Shown: one piece after another, positions 9,962 through 18,710 of the stretch
Numbering within the stretch: position 1 is the first letter of the stretch
How the letters are laid out: every line of letters begins with the position of its first letter
Assembly: GCA_009992175.1 (NCBI GenBank)
Contig: JAACWA010000010.1
Span: 16,864 to 80,863 of the forward strand
Length of the DNA stretch: 64,000 nucleotides
Origin: an archaeon
GTDB lineage: Archaea; Nanobdellota; Nanobdellia; Pacearchaeales; GW2011-AR1
Reading direction: 5' to 3'
Made by a program: the position numbers and the translations under genes
Notes under the pieces: model-generated
The model's input: the letters and a program-made list of their open reading frames with translations, nothing else
What the model was told of the DNA's origin: nothing
The model's database searches: none

Positions 9962-10487
9962 ATTTATTTTAAAATCTATAATAAACCCCATAAAACATTA
10001 TAAACAAAATTTTTCTTCTTTTTATATGACTTATGATTTAGATTTTTATAAAGCGTACTCAGAATATTTAGTTGAAGAGAGAGTTCGAAATGTTCATGAT
10101 TCTCTTTTAAATATTTTCAAAACAAATTTTGATTTTAATAATGTAGTTGATTTTGGATGTGGATAATTTAATGAATTTCTTATTTATGGAAAACCAGAAA
10201 AATATGTTGGAGTTGATAAAGAAGTGGGTGACTCTAAGGAATACTATAGAAGATTTATTAATGCAGACTATTGGAGTTCAGGAAATTTGCAAAAGTTAAT
10301 TAATCCTTCAAAACCAACGAGTTTTGTAAGTTTATTTTCTTCTGAAATTATTGCTCCTTTTGAAGAAAACTATAAATTTTATGAAAGAATTTTTAAGGAA
10401 ATTCCTTCGGTGAATGGGGGTTTGGTAAGTGGGTTTTTTTATAAAAACAAAAAAATCAAAACCCAATTGGAGAAACAGGAGGAATAA
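9954..10487 (+). pseudogene. class I SAM-dependent methyltransferase interrupted by an in-frame TAA (10164-10166)
   Basis: ORFs 9954-10166 and 10224-10487 share a frame. Across the stop: VVDFGCG[TAA]FNEFLIYGKPEKYVGVD, i.e. MTase motif I (DxGCGxG) running into the GvD motif. Confidence 0.5.
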
Positions 10488-10625
10488 TGAGCTATCAAAC
10501 TTTAGAAAATATAGAAGATGTTTTTTCGGAGGTTTTTAGTGAGATGAGAACCCTTTTACCCGTTCCTTCAAAAATGTTCGGAAAAGATGTTTTTGAAGTG
10601 TGGAAATATTTTGAGAGAAAATAAT

Positions 10626-11042
10626 TTATTTTAAAGATTTACTAACTTTTCTTTCAAGACTTCCAATCATTTTTTTTATCTCTTTAATTTCTCTTTCTGC
10701 CTTTCTGTTTACAGCATAATCATATTCTGCACGTTGCCTGTCTCTTTCATTTTCTCTATTTTGACTCATTAAAATTATGGGTGCTTGAAATGCAGCTACA
10801 CATGACAAAACCAAATTTAAAAGAATAAAAGGATAGGGGTCCCAAGATTGGTGCGAAAACCAAACAACATTAGTAATCATCCAAAGAAGCAAGAAAACAA
10901 AAAATCCAGAAATGAATCCCCAACTTCCGGCAATTTTTGTAAGTTTATCTGCTGCTTTTTGTCCTTTTGTTGTTGGAAGTGCATTAGGATGAGTTATTGC
11001 TATTACGGTTTTTGGTTTCTTTTTATCCTCTTTTTTTACCAT
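10626..11042 (-). CDS. DUF1003 family membrane protein
   Basis: WDPYPFILLNLVLSCVAAFQAPIILMSQNRENERDR, typical DUF1003 core. Confidence 0.6.
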   Translation of the reverse strand: MVKKEDKKKPKTVIAITHPNALPTTKGQKAADKLTKIAGSWGFISGFFVFLLLWMITNVVWFSHQSWDPYPFILLNLVLSCVAAFQAPIILMSQNRENERDRQRAEYDYAVNRKAEREIKEIKKMIGSLERKVSKSLK

Positions 11043-11127
11043 AATTATTTTTAGTTAAACTTGGTTATAAATTTTGTGATATAGGCTGAACCAACATATT
11101 TTTAACTCTTTAAGAATTTATTCTACC

Positions 11128-12570
11128 ATGGAAATTGATTATAAAAAAATAGGGTTTAAAGCAGGGCTTGAGATTCATCAGCAATTGGATACTCATAAAC
11201 TATATTGTGATTGTCCTTCTGTTTTGAGAACTGATGAACCCATAAAAACTACTAAAAGAAAAATTCATTTTGTTGCAGGAGAATCAGGAGAAGTAGATGT
11301 TGCGGCCAAATTTCAGGGAGAGGAAGATAAAACTTATTTTTATCAATCGTATGATACAACTTGTTTAATTGAATTAGATGAAGAACCTCCTCATAAAATA
11401 AACAAGGAGGCCTTAAAAACTGCATTAGAAATTGCAATTTTGATGAATTGTAAAGTTTTTCCTATTGCCCAAATTATGAGAAAAACTATTGTAGATGGTT
11501 CTAACACTTCAGGATTTCAAAGAACAGTTCTAATTGCATATGGGGGATTTATAGAAACGAGTGAAGGTAAAGTTGGAATTGATTCAATTTATTTAGAAGA
11601 AGATTCTGCACGTCCAGTTGAAAGAGATAAAAATTTTGTTAAATATAGGTTAGACCGATTGGGAATTCCTTTAATTGAAATCTCAACCAAACCAGACTTA
11701 AAATCTCCTTCTCAGGTAAAAGAAGCTGCACTCAAAATTGGAGAAATTTTAAGAAGTACAAAAGTTCGTAGAGGAATTGGAACAATTCGTCAAGATTTGA
11801 ATGTTTCAATTAAAGGTTCTAATAGGGTTGAAATAAAAGGTTTTCAAGATCCAAAAATAATGGAAAAGTGTATTGACTTAGAGATTAATAGACAAAAAGG
11901 TTTTTTGGATAAAAATAAAAAAAATTCTCCTGAAGTTAGAAATTGCTTATCTGACGGAACAACAGAATTCTTGCGTCCAATTCCAGGTTCGGCAAGAATG
12001 TACCCTGAAACAGATTTAGAACTTTTACATATAAAAAAGGATTTTATTGACGAAATTAAAAGAAACTTGCCAAAACTTCGAGGAGAAATTGAAGAGGAAT
12101 TAATAAAACAAGGATTAAGTGAAGAGATGATAAAATTAATTTTTAAAGAAAATAAACTTTCTGAATATAAAGAGCTTTATGAAATCAGTGGAAATCCCAA
12201 ATTAATTTCAAAATTGCTTTTAGTTTTACCAAAAGAGATTGCAAAAAAAGAAAACAAAACTTCTGAAGAAATTGAAGAAATTCTTAATAGAGATGTGATG
12301 GTTTCAATTTTAGATTTAGTCTATAAAGATAAACTTCATGAAAAAGATGTTAAACATGTTTTAGAGAAAATTGTTTCAGGAGTTGAATTTAAGGAGGCTA
12401 TGAAACTCGAGAAAAAGGATTTGGGGGACGTTGAAGAAAAAGTTATGAAAATTGTTAAAGATAAACCTGGCCTTTCACCAAATGCTTATATGGGCCTTGT
12501 TATGAAAGAACTTAAGGGAATGGTTACTGGTCAAGAAGCAATGGAAGTAATTAGGAAATTTGTAAAATAA
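11128..12570 (+). CDS. gatE: Glu-tRNA(Gln) amidotransferase subunit E (GatB/E family, short form)
   Basis: GLEIHQQL start motif, GatB/E catalytic core and C-terminal YqeY-like tail; partner gatD lies upstream. Called E rather than B because gatA/gatC are absent nearby. Confidence 0.7.
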   Translation: MEIDYKKIGFKAGLEIHQQLDTHKLYCDCPSVLRTDEPIKTTKRKIHFVAGESGEVDVAAKFQGEEDKTYFYQSYDTTCLIELDEEPPHKINKEALKTALEIAILMNCKVFPIAQIMRKTIVDGSNTSGFQRTVLIAYGGFIETSEGKVGIDSIYLEEDSARPVERDKNFVKYRLDRLGIPLIEISTKPDLKSPSQVKEAALKIGEILRSTKVRRGIGTIRQDLNVSIKGSNRVEIKGFQDPKIMEKCIDLEINRQKGFLDKNKKNSPEVRNCLSDGTTEFLRPIPGSARMYPETDLELLHIKKDFIDEIKRNLPKLRGEIEEELIKQGLSEEMIKLIFKENKLSEYKELYEISGNPKLISKLLLVLPKEIAKKENKTSEEIEEILNRDVMVSILDLVYKDKLHEKDVKHVLEKIVSGVEFKEAMKLEKKDLGDVEEKVMKIVKDKPGLSPNAYMGLVMKELKGMVTGQEAMEVIRKFVK

Positions 12571-12697
12571 AATTATTTTCATGGGGTTTAATCCCTACGT
12601 TCATTTTGATTTCAAAATGCCGGATGGAAATAATTAAGAAATTTGTTAAGTAATTCTTTACAGAAAACATTAAAAATCTCTTTATATTCAACTTTTC

Positions 12698-13981
12698 ATG
12701 GAAAGAACGTATGTTGAAAATTTGAAAGTAGGAGAAGAAGTTTTACTTCATGGATGGGCTTACGAAATTCGTGAACTTGCAAATTTGAAGTTTTTAATTT
12801 TAAGGGATAGCACTGGAATGGTTCAGTGTATTGTTAAAGGAATTGATCTTATGAAAATTTCTTCTGAATTGACTTTAGAAAGTGTAGTTGAAGTTCATGG
12901 AAAGGTAAAAAAGGCCGTTGTAAAAACACAATACACAAGAGGAGATATTGAGGTTGAAGTTACAAAATTAAAAATATTAAATAAGGCTGAAAAACTTCCT
13001 ATACATGTTAATGAAAAGGCGGTTGAACCTACTGAACTTTCAAAGAGGCTTGACAATAGGTCGCTTGATGTGAGAAAACCAAAAGTAAGTTCAATATTCA
13101 AAATTCAGTCTACAATTATTAATTCATTTAGAGAATTCTTTTTTGAAAAAAACTTTGTTGAGATTCAACCTCCAGGAATAATAGGAACTTCAACCGAGGG
13201 AGGAACAGACTTGTTCAGTGTCGATTATTTTGGAAGGAAGGCATACCTTGCACAAAGTCCTCAGTTATATAAACAACTTATGGCAATTTCTTTAGAAAAA
13301 GTTTTTTCTACGAGTGCAATTTGGAGAGCTGAAAAGCATGACACTTCTAAACACATAAATGAAATAAGACAAATGGATATTGAAGTTGCATTTAGTGATG
13401 ACATGAAAATTATGAAATATTTGGAAGAAGCTGTTCGGTATATGGTTAAAAAAGTAATTGAAAAAAATAAAAAAGAACTTGAAATTTTGGAATTGGACTT
13501 GAAAATTCCAAAGGCAAAATATTTAACTTATGCCAAAGCTATTGAGCTTTTGAATAAAAATGGTTTTAAATTAAAAATTGGAGATGATTTTGAGCCTGAA
13601 GCTGAAAGAAAACTTTGTAGTCTTTTTCCAAACACAGTTGTTTTTACGTATGAATGGCCTATTGAAATAAAACCTTTTTACATTTGGCCAAAAGATGAAA
13701 AGAAAAAGGTCTCTGGTGGTTTTGATGCTCTTTATGGTGGAGTTGAAATAAGTTCGGGAGGACAGAGAATTCATTTACCCGAAGTTTTGACTAAAAATAT
13801 AAAATCAAAAGGGTTGAAACCAGCTGACTTTCAGTGGTACATTGATTCTTTCAAATATGGTGCTCCTATGCACGCAGGTTGGAGTATTGGACTCGAAAGG
13901 ATTACTCATGCAATGATTGGTTCAGATAATATTAGGGAAGTAACCTTATTTCCAAGAGATAGAAAGAGGTTGACCCCATGA
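12698..13981 (+). CDS. aspS: aspartyl-tRNA synthetase (class IIb)
   Basis: N-terminal OB anticodon-binding domain; LAQSPQLYKQ; FRAE...H..E motif; GLER. Confidence 0.8.
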   Translation: MERTYVENLKVGEEVLLHGWAYEIRELANLKFLILRDSTGMVQCIVKGIDLMKISSELTLESVVEVHGKVKKAVVKTQYTRGDIEVEVTKLKILNKAEKLPIHVNEKAVEPTELSKRLDNRSLDVRKPKVSSIFKIQSTIINSFREFFFEKNFVEIQPPGIIGTSTEGGTDLFSVDYFGRKAYLAQSPQLYKQLMAISLEKVFSTSAIWRAEKHDTSKHINEIRQMDIEVAFSDDMKIMKYLEEAVRYMVKKVIEKNKKELEILELDLKIPKAKYLTYAKAIELLNKNGFKLKIGDDFEPEAERKLCSLFPNTVVFTYEWPIEIKPFYIWPKDEKKKVSGGFDALYGGVEISSGGQRIHLPEVLTKNIKSKGLKPADFQWYIDSFKYGAPMHAGWSIGLERITHAMIGSDNIREVTLFPRDRKRLTP

Positions 13982-15264
13982 GTTTCATATCAATTAAAGA
14001 AGCGATTGCAAAAGGAAAAGGGAAAGTTTCTATTCGTGGATGGATTCATCGTGAAAGAGGTTCAAACAAAATAAAGTTTATTGTTTTAAGAGATTCAACA
14101 GAAATAATTCAAATTGTTTTTCCAAGGGAAAAGTTTGAAAAACAATGGGAAGAAATTGACAAACTTCAAATTGAGGCAAGTATAGAAGTTGAAGGAGAAA
14201 TAAAAGAAGACAAAAGAGCTCCTTCAGGATATGAAATTTCAGCAAGTAAAATAAAAATTGTTGGAGAGTCTAATGAATTTCCAATAAACAAAGATTTGAA
14301 TGAAGAGCTTCTTGGAGACCGAAGGCATTTGTGGCTTAGAAGTAGGAAGATGACTTCTGCAATGAAAATAAGAAGTTCAGTAATGTTTGCAATGCATGAA
14401 TATATGCATAAAAACGGATTTACTGAAATTGAAGCGCCTTCTTTAAGCGGGGCTGCTAGTGAAGGAGGCTCAGAAGTTTTTGAAACAAATTATTTTGGTA
14501 AGAAAGCATATTTAACTCAATCTTGGCAATTTTATGCAGAGAATTTTATTCACGCTGTAGGTAAAGCATATGCAATGGCTCCTTCTTTTAGAGCGGAAAA
14601 GTCCAAAACTCCGTGGCATGTTACAGAATTCTGGCATTTTGAAGTTGAAGGTGCATGGATGGATTTACTTGATGACATGAAAATTGCAGAAGGGTGTATT
14701 TCTTATGCTATTCAAAAAGTTTTGAAAGAAAATGAAACCGAATTAAAAGCTGTTGGAGCAAATATTGAAATGTTGAAAAAAGTTAAAGCACCTTTCAAGA
14801 GAGTTACTTATGAAGAAGCAATAAAAAAGTTAAATGAAAATGGACATAAGATGAAATATGGGGATGACTTTGGTTCTTCTGAAGAAAGAAGTCTTGCAAA
14901 ATATTATGGAGACAATTTTGTTTTTGTGACTAACTATCCTTTAGGATTATTAAAATTTTATCATGGAGAAGACCCAAAAAAACCTGGAACTGGAACTAAT
15001 TTTAATTTACTTGCTCCAGGAGTTGGAGAAATGGTGGATGGTTCGCAAAGAGAACCAGATTTGAAAAAAATTGTTGAAAGACTTAAAAAAGCAAAGATTG
15101 ATTTGGGAGCATCTGACTGGTATTTAGATTCTAGAAGATATGGGAGTGTTCCTCATGCTGGTTTTGGCCTCGGACTTGAGAGGTTTGTTGCATGGATTTG
15201 TGGTTTTGACACAATAAAAGATGCAATTCCTTTTCCCAGAACTCCAACAAGAATTTATCCTTAA
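13978..15264 (+). CDS. asnS: asparaginyl-tRNA synthetase (class IIb)
   Basis: ATGA overlap with aspS; YLTQSWQFYAE, FRAEKSKTPWHVTEFWHFEVEGAW, GFGLGLER. Confidence 0.7.
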   Translation: MSFISIKEAIAKGKGKVSIRGWIHRERGSNKIKFIVLRDSTEIIQIVFPREKFEKQWEEIDKLQIEASIEVEGEIKEDKRAPSGYEISASKIKIVGESNEFPINKDLNEELLGDRRHLWLRSRKMTSAMKIRSSVMFAMHEYMHKNGFTEIEAPSLSGAASEGGSEVFETNYFGKKAYLTQSWQFYAENFIHAVGKAYAMAPSFRAEKSKTPWHVTEFWHFEVEGAWMDLLDDMKIAEGCISYAIQKVLKENETELKAVGANIEMLKKVKAPFKRVTYEEAIKKLNENGHKMKYGDDFGSSEERSLAKYYGDNFVFVTNYPLGLLKFYHGEDPKKPGTGTNFNLLAPGVGEMVDGSQREPDLKKIVERLKKAKIDLGASDWYLDSRRYGSVPHAGFGLGLERFVAWICGFDTIKDAIPFPRTPTRIYP

Positions 15265-15294
15265 TTTTAAAAACTTTAATTTCTATAATTTTGG

Positions 15295-16082
15295 ATGAGA
15301 ATACTTGCCGTAGGGGATCCACATGGATAAGAGAAGATAAAAAAAATTCCCTTGAAAGAAATTGATTCTGTTCTTATAACGGGGGATTTGGGAAAAACTG
15401 ATTTTGCTAGAAAAAGATTTTTTGAGAATCAAGAAAGAAAAAGGAAAGGCCTTCCAGAATTAGATTACACTTCAAAAGATGAGAAACAATCTTCCACACA
15501 AATTTATAATTCTTCTATGATGGTTTTGAAATATTTTTCAAAAAATTTACCTGTTTATACAATTATGGGAAATGTATGGGGTACAGATAAGTGGGTTAAA
15601 AAAAGTGAAAAAAATATGGAATAAAAATTCCCTGTTTAAATAAAGATATAAGAAAAATAAAAAATGTGAATCAGGTTAAAAATGTTTTAAGAAATATTGG
15701 GGGTCTTAGGGTAGGATTTTTGGAGTATTTTATAGATTCTTGCTGGATTAAAGAATTTAATGAAAAAGATAAAAAATCAATTAAAAATGCAAAAAAAGAA
15801 ACTTCAAAAGCAAAAAAAATTTTAAAAAATTTTGGAAGTCTTGAGATACTTGTTTGTCATCAGCCACCCTATGGGCATCTAGATAAGGTAAATTTTCCTG
15901 GAGTTCCTAAAGGATGGAAAGGAAAACATGCCGGAAGTAAGGTTATTTTAGATTATATAAAAAAATATCAACCAAAATATGTTTTTTGTGGACATATCCA
16001 TGAGGGCGAAGGAAAAACAAAAATTGGAAAATCAGAAGTTTATAATCTTGGTGTTGCAGGACATAAAATTTTGGAACTTTAA
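15295..16082 (+). pseudogene. degraded calcineurin-like metallophosphoesterase paralog (in-frame TAA at 15328-15330 plus a later frameshift)
   Basis: MRILAVGDPHG[TAA]EKIKK...ITGDLG, then ...FCGHIHEG in another frame (15666-16082). An intact paralog lies at 59297-59887. Confidence 0.6.
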
Positions 16083-16227
16083 AATATTAAGTCCGTAATT
16101 TCCCCCAAAATTTCCAAAACTTTTCTTAAAAACTTTTCTCTTCTTTTTCAACCCTCCAGAGTCTATAATAAAGTTTAAAAACTCGGGCAGGAATACAGAT
16201 TTAATTAAATTGGAGGTACCAATAAAA

Positions 16228-16308
16228 ATGGCAGAAGACGATTTTGAAGAAGATTTTGATAAAGAAGAAAACAATGATGACGATGATGCTTGGGATGACG
16301 AAGAATAA
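16228..16308 (+). CDS. very short acidic peptide (26 aa) MAEDDFEEDFDKEENNDDDDAWDDEE
   Basis: GGAGGT Shine-Dalgarno-like sequence 8 nt upstream of the ATG; TAA stop. Confidence 0.25.
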   Translation: MAEDDFEEDFDKEENNDDDDAWDDEE

Positions 16309-16351
16309 GTTTTAGTCTTTTAATTTTTAATTTTTTTTATTGGAATGTTTT

Positions 16352-16590
16352 ATGATTGAAAAATAGAGAAAGAGGATTGATAGGGTAGATAGGAAAATAA
16401 TTAATTTACTTAGTGAGAGGTTTAAGATTTCTAGAGAGATTATTAAATTTAAGAAGAAGAATAAAATTAAAGTTAAGAATAGAAAAAGAGAGGAAGAAAT
16501 TGTTGAGAAATTGGCAAAAAAAGTGATTTGGATAAAAACCTCATAAAAAAGTTTTACAAAATTATATTTAAGTTTTCAAGGAAAGGATAA
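16352..16590 (+). pseudogene. chorismate mutase (AroQ type II) relic with in-frame TAG and a poly-A frameshift
   Basis: MIEK[TAG at 16364-16366]RKRIDRVDRKIINLLSERFKISREIIKFKKKNKIKVKNRKREEEIVEKLAKK, then a -1 shift in an A-run continues ...SDLDKNLIKKFYKIIFKFSRKG*. AroQ helix pattern R..ID..D..I..LL.eR. Confidence 0.45.
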
Positions 16591-16592
16591 AT

Positions 16593-16817
16593 TTATTTCC
16601 TTTCAGGAATGTGAACAAGGCAGTCAGAACAAACTGCATCCATTCTTCCAGTTTGTATATTTTTTATAAATTTAAAATAACCTGGCCTTAATTCTTGCTT
16701 ACATTTTGAACATTTTCCTTCTTGACCTTTCTTTAGTTCTTCTCGGTTTGAGGTCGCAATTTTTATTTCTTTCAAATTTTTTGTCTTTAATGCATTAATG
16801 TAATTGCTTGTTTCCAT
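16593..16817 (-). CDS. small zinc-ribbon protein (CxxC...CxxC)
   Basis: 74 aa, CSKCKQ...CSDC. Confidence 0.4.
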   Translation of the reverse strand: METSNYINALKTKNLKEIKIATSNREELKKGQEGKCSKCKQELRPGYFKFIKNIQTGRMDAVCSDCLVHIPERK

Positions 16818-16918
16818 TTTGTGGTACTCTTTCTTAGGTTTTTTGGGTTATAAATTTAATTATGCTACTATACAATGTTACTAACTTTTAAATAGACATT
16901 TTTCATTTTGAGTTTAGG

Positions 16919-17956
16919 ATGGATGTGAATTATTTAAGTGGATCAAAAGAGACTTTTTTGGAGTTTTTAGATTCAATAGGGCTTTATGACAAAGTAGCAG
17001 TTTTAACTCATAATGATTTGGATGGCCTTAGTTCTGGTTTGTTTTTGGAAAAAATTCTTGAAGCTAGAGGAATAAAGGTGAATTTTATTCAATTTTTAGA
17101 TATTAGGGGGGATATGGTCAAAGAGGTCTCTTTAAAATTAAATGAACTGGGGATTACAAAGGTTTTTTTTAGTGATTTAAACATAGAATCAATTGATTTT
17201 GAGGGGTTTGAAGAATTAAGAAGAGAGAAAGATGTTTTTTTAATTGATCACCATCCAACTGGAGAAAATTTAAAAGATTTTAAGAATATTATAAAAACTG
17301 TTTCTGAAGATTGTTCAGGATTAACAACTTTTGTTTTAGGAAAAGACCTTCTCGACTATGAACTTTGGGGATGGCTTGTTTGTTCGGCAATTTTTGCGGA
17401 TTATGCTTTTCGTTCCGAAAAAAATTTAAAATTTATTCAATCCTTTTATCCAGAAGTGACTCTCGAAAACATTTCTTCATCTGTTCCTGGAATGAATGCA
17501 AGAAGAATTTCTTCAGCCCTTATTTATTATAAAAACGATATTGGTTATGTTTACAATTTAGTTAAAGAAAGAAAAATTGACGAATTAATTGAAATTCACG
17601 AATTAATTGAAGAAGAGGTTTACAAATTAGTTGATGATTTCTCAGAAAATAAAGAATATTTCCCTGAAAAAGATATTTATTTTTATGAAGTGAAATCTCG
17701 TTTTGATGTTTTGAGTTATGTTGCAACTTTGGTTGGAGGTGCTGAACCTGATAAAAGTTTTATTTTTATGTACAAAACAAAAGATTTTGTGAAATTTAGT
17801 GGAAGAAGTTCGAATTCTAAAATAAATATGGGAAAACTTATGGCTGAGGGAGTTCTTGGAATGCCTGATTCTGATGGAGGAGGACATATTCCTGCCGCAG
17901 CAGCCAAAATTCCAGAAGAATATGTCGAAGAGTTCAAAAAAAGAGTTTTAGGATAA
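16919..17956 (+). CDS. DHH-DHHA1 family phosphoesterase (second copy; NrnA/RecJ-like)
   Basis: VLTHNDLDGLSSG, LIDHHP, GGGHIPAAAA (DHHA1). Confidence 0.75.
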   Translation: MDVNYLSGSKETFLEFLDSIGLYDKVAVLTHNDLDGLSSGLFLEKILEARGIKVNFIQFLDIRGDMVKEVSLKLNELGITKVFFSDLNIESIDFEGFEELRREKDVFLIDHHPTGENLKDFKNIIKTVSEDCSGLTTFVLGKDLLDYELWGWLVCSAIFADYAFRSEKNLKFIQSFYPEVTLENISSSVPGMNARRISSALIYYKNDIGYVYNLVKERKIDELIEIHELIEEEVYKLVDDFSENKEYFPEKDIYFYEVKSRFDVLSYVATLVGGAEPDKSFIFMYKTKDFVKFSGRSSNSKINMGKLMAEGVLGMPDSDGGGHIPAAAAKIPEEYVEEFKKRVLG

Positions 17957-18044
17957 TTAATTGATTTTTTTTAAATTTTTTTCTTTTTTAAAGGAATAAA
18001 TCTCAAACATAAAACCTTAAAAAGCATTTTTTATTTTTGGTTAT

Positions 18045-18710
18045 ATGGAAGTAGGGGAAGTAAGTTTGAGGTGGTTAGGTCATTCAGGATTTTTAATTCA
18101 AAACTCTAAAGTGATTTATATAGATCCATTTAAAATGGGGGAAGGTTTACCCAAAGCTGATTTAATTTTGATTACTCATGGACATTATGACCATTGTAGT
18201 TTTGAAGACCTTGGAAAAATTATTCAGGAAGGAACAAGAATTATCATGACTGCTGACGCTCAGAGCAAAATTGCTCGTTTTCAAATTCCAATAAGAATGG
18301 AAGTTGTTTCACCTGGTCAAGAAATTGATATTGGGTCAGTTAAAATTTCTTGTTTACCTGCTTATAACATTGACAAGCCATTTCACCCTAAAGAAGAAGG
18401 ACTTGTAGGATATGTGATAAAAACAAATGATGTAATTATTTATCATGCGGGAGATACAGATGTTATTCCCGAAATGCAAAAGTTAACGGGGTATAACCAA
18501 CCTGACAAAAAATTTGTTGCTTTACTCCCTGTTGGAGGGAGGTTCACAATGAGTGCAGAGGAAGCATTTGAAGCAGCTAAGATAATCAAACCCACATTTG
18601 CAATTCCTATGCATTGGGGAAGTATTGTTGGAAACATTAAGGATGCAGAAGAATTCAAAGAACTTTGTTCGCATGAAGGAATTGAGGTCAAAATTCTTGA
18701 AAAAGATTAA
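18045..18710 (+). CDS. MBL-fold metal-dependent hydrolase
   Basis: LRWLGHSGFLI...LILITHGHYDHC, then downstream His/Asp ligands. Confidence 0.75.
   Translation: MEVGEVSLRWLGHSGFLIQNSKVIYIDPFKMGEGLPKADLILITHGHYDHCSFEDLGKIIQEGTRIIMTADAQSKIARFQIPIRMEVVSPGQEIDIGSVKISCLPAYNIDKPFHPKEEGLVGYVIKTNDVIIYHAGDTDVIPEMQKLTGYNQPDKKFVALLPVGGRFTMSAEEAFEAAKIIKPTFAIPMHWGSIVGNIKDAEEFKELCSHEGIEVKILEKD

Noticed and set aside
10487-10623. 45-codon ORF MSYQTLENIEDVFSEVFSEMRTLLPVPSKMFGKDVFEVWKYFERK directly after the MTase relic
   Set aside because: It is below the size threshold with no recognisable motif. It may be a further fragment of the decayed gene, but this cannot be supported.
16032-16274. 80-aa minus-strand ORF across the MPP-relic/micro-ORF region
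   Set aside because: It overlaps the better-supported plus-strand features, has a Ser/Lys low-complexity composition and no start context, so it is likely spurious.
10164-16366. Possibility that in-frame TAA/TAG codons reflect a reassigned genetic code or programmed readthrough
   Set aside because: TAA terminates nearly every confidently identified gene here (dys, disA, dhh, proS and others). aRF1 retains canonical NIKS and GGQ motifs. The affected genes also carry independent frameshifts, so pseudogenisation or error is more parsimonious.
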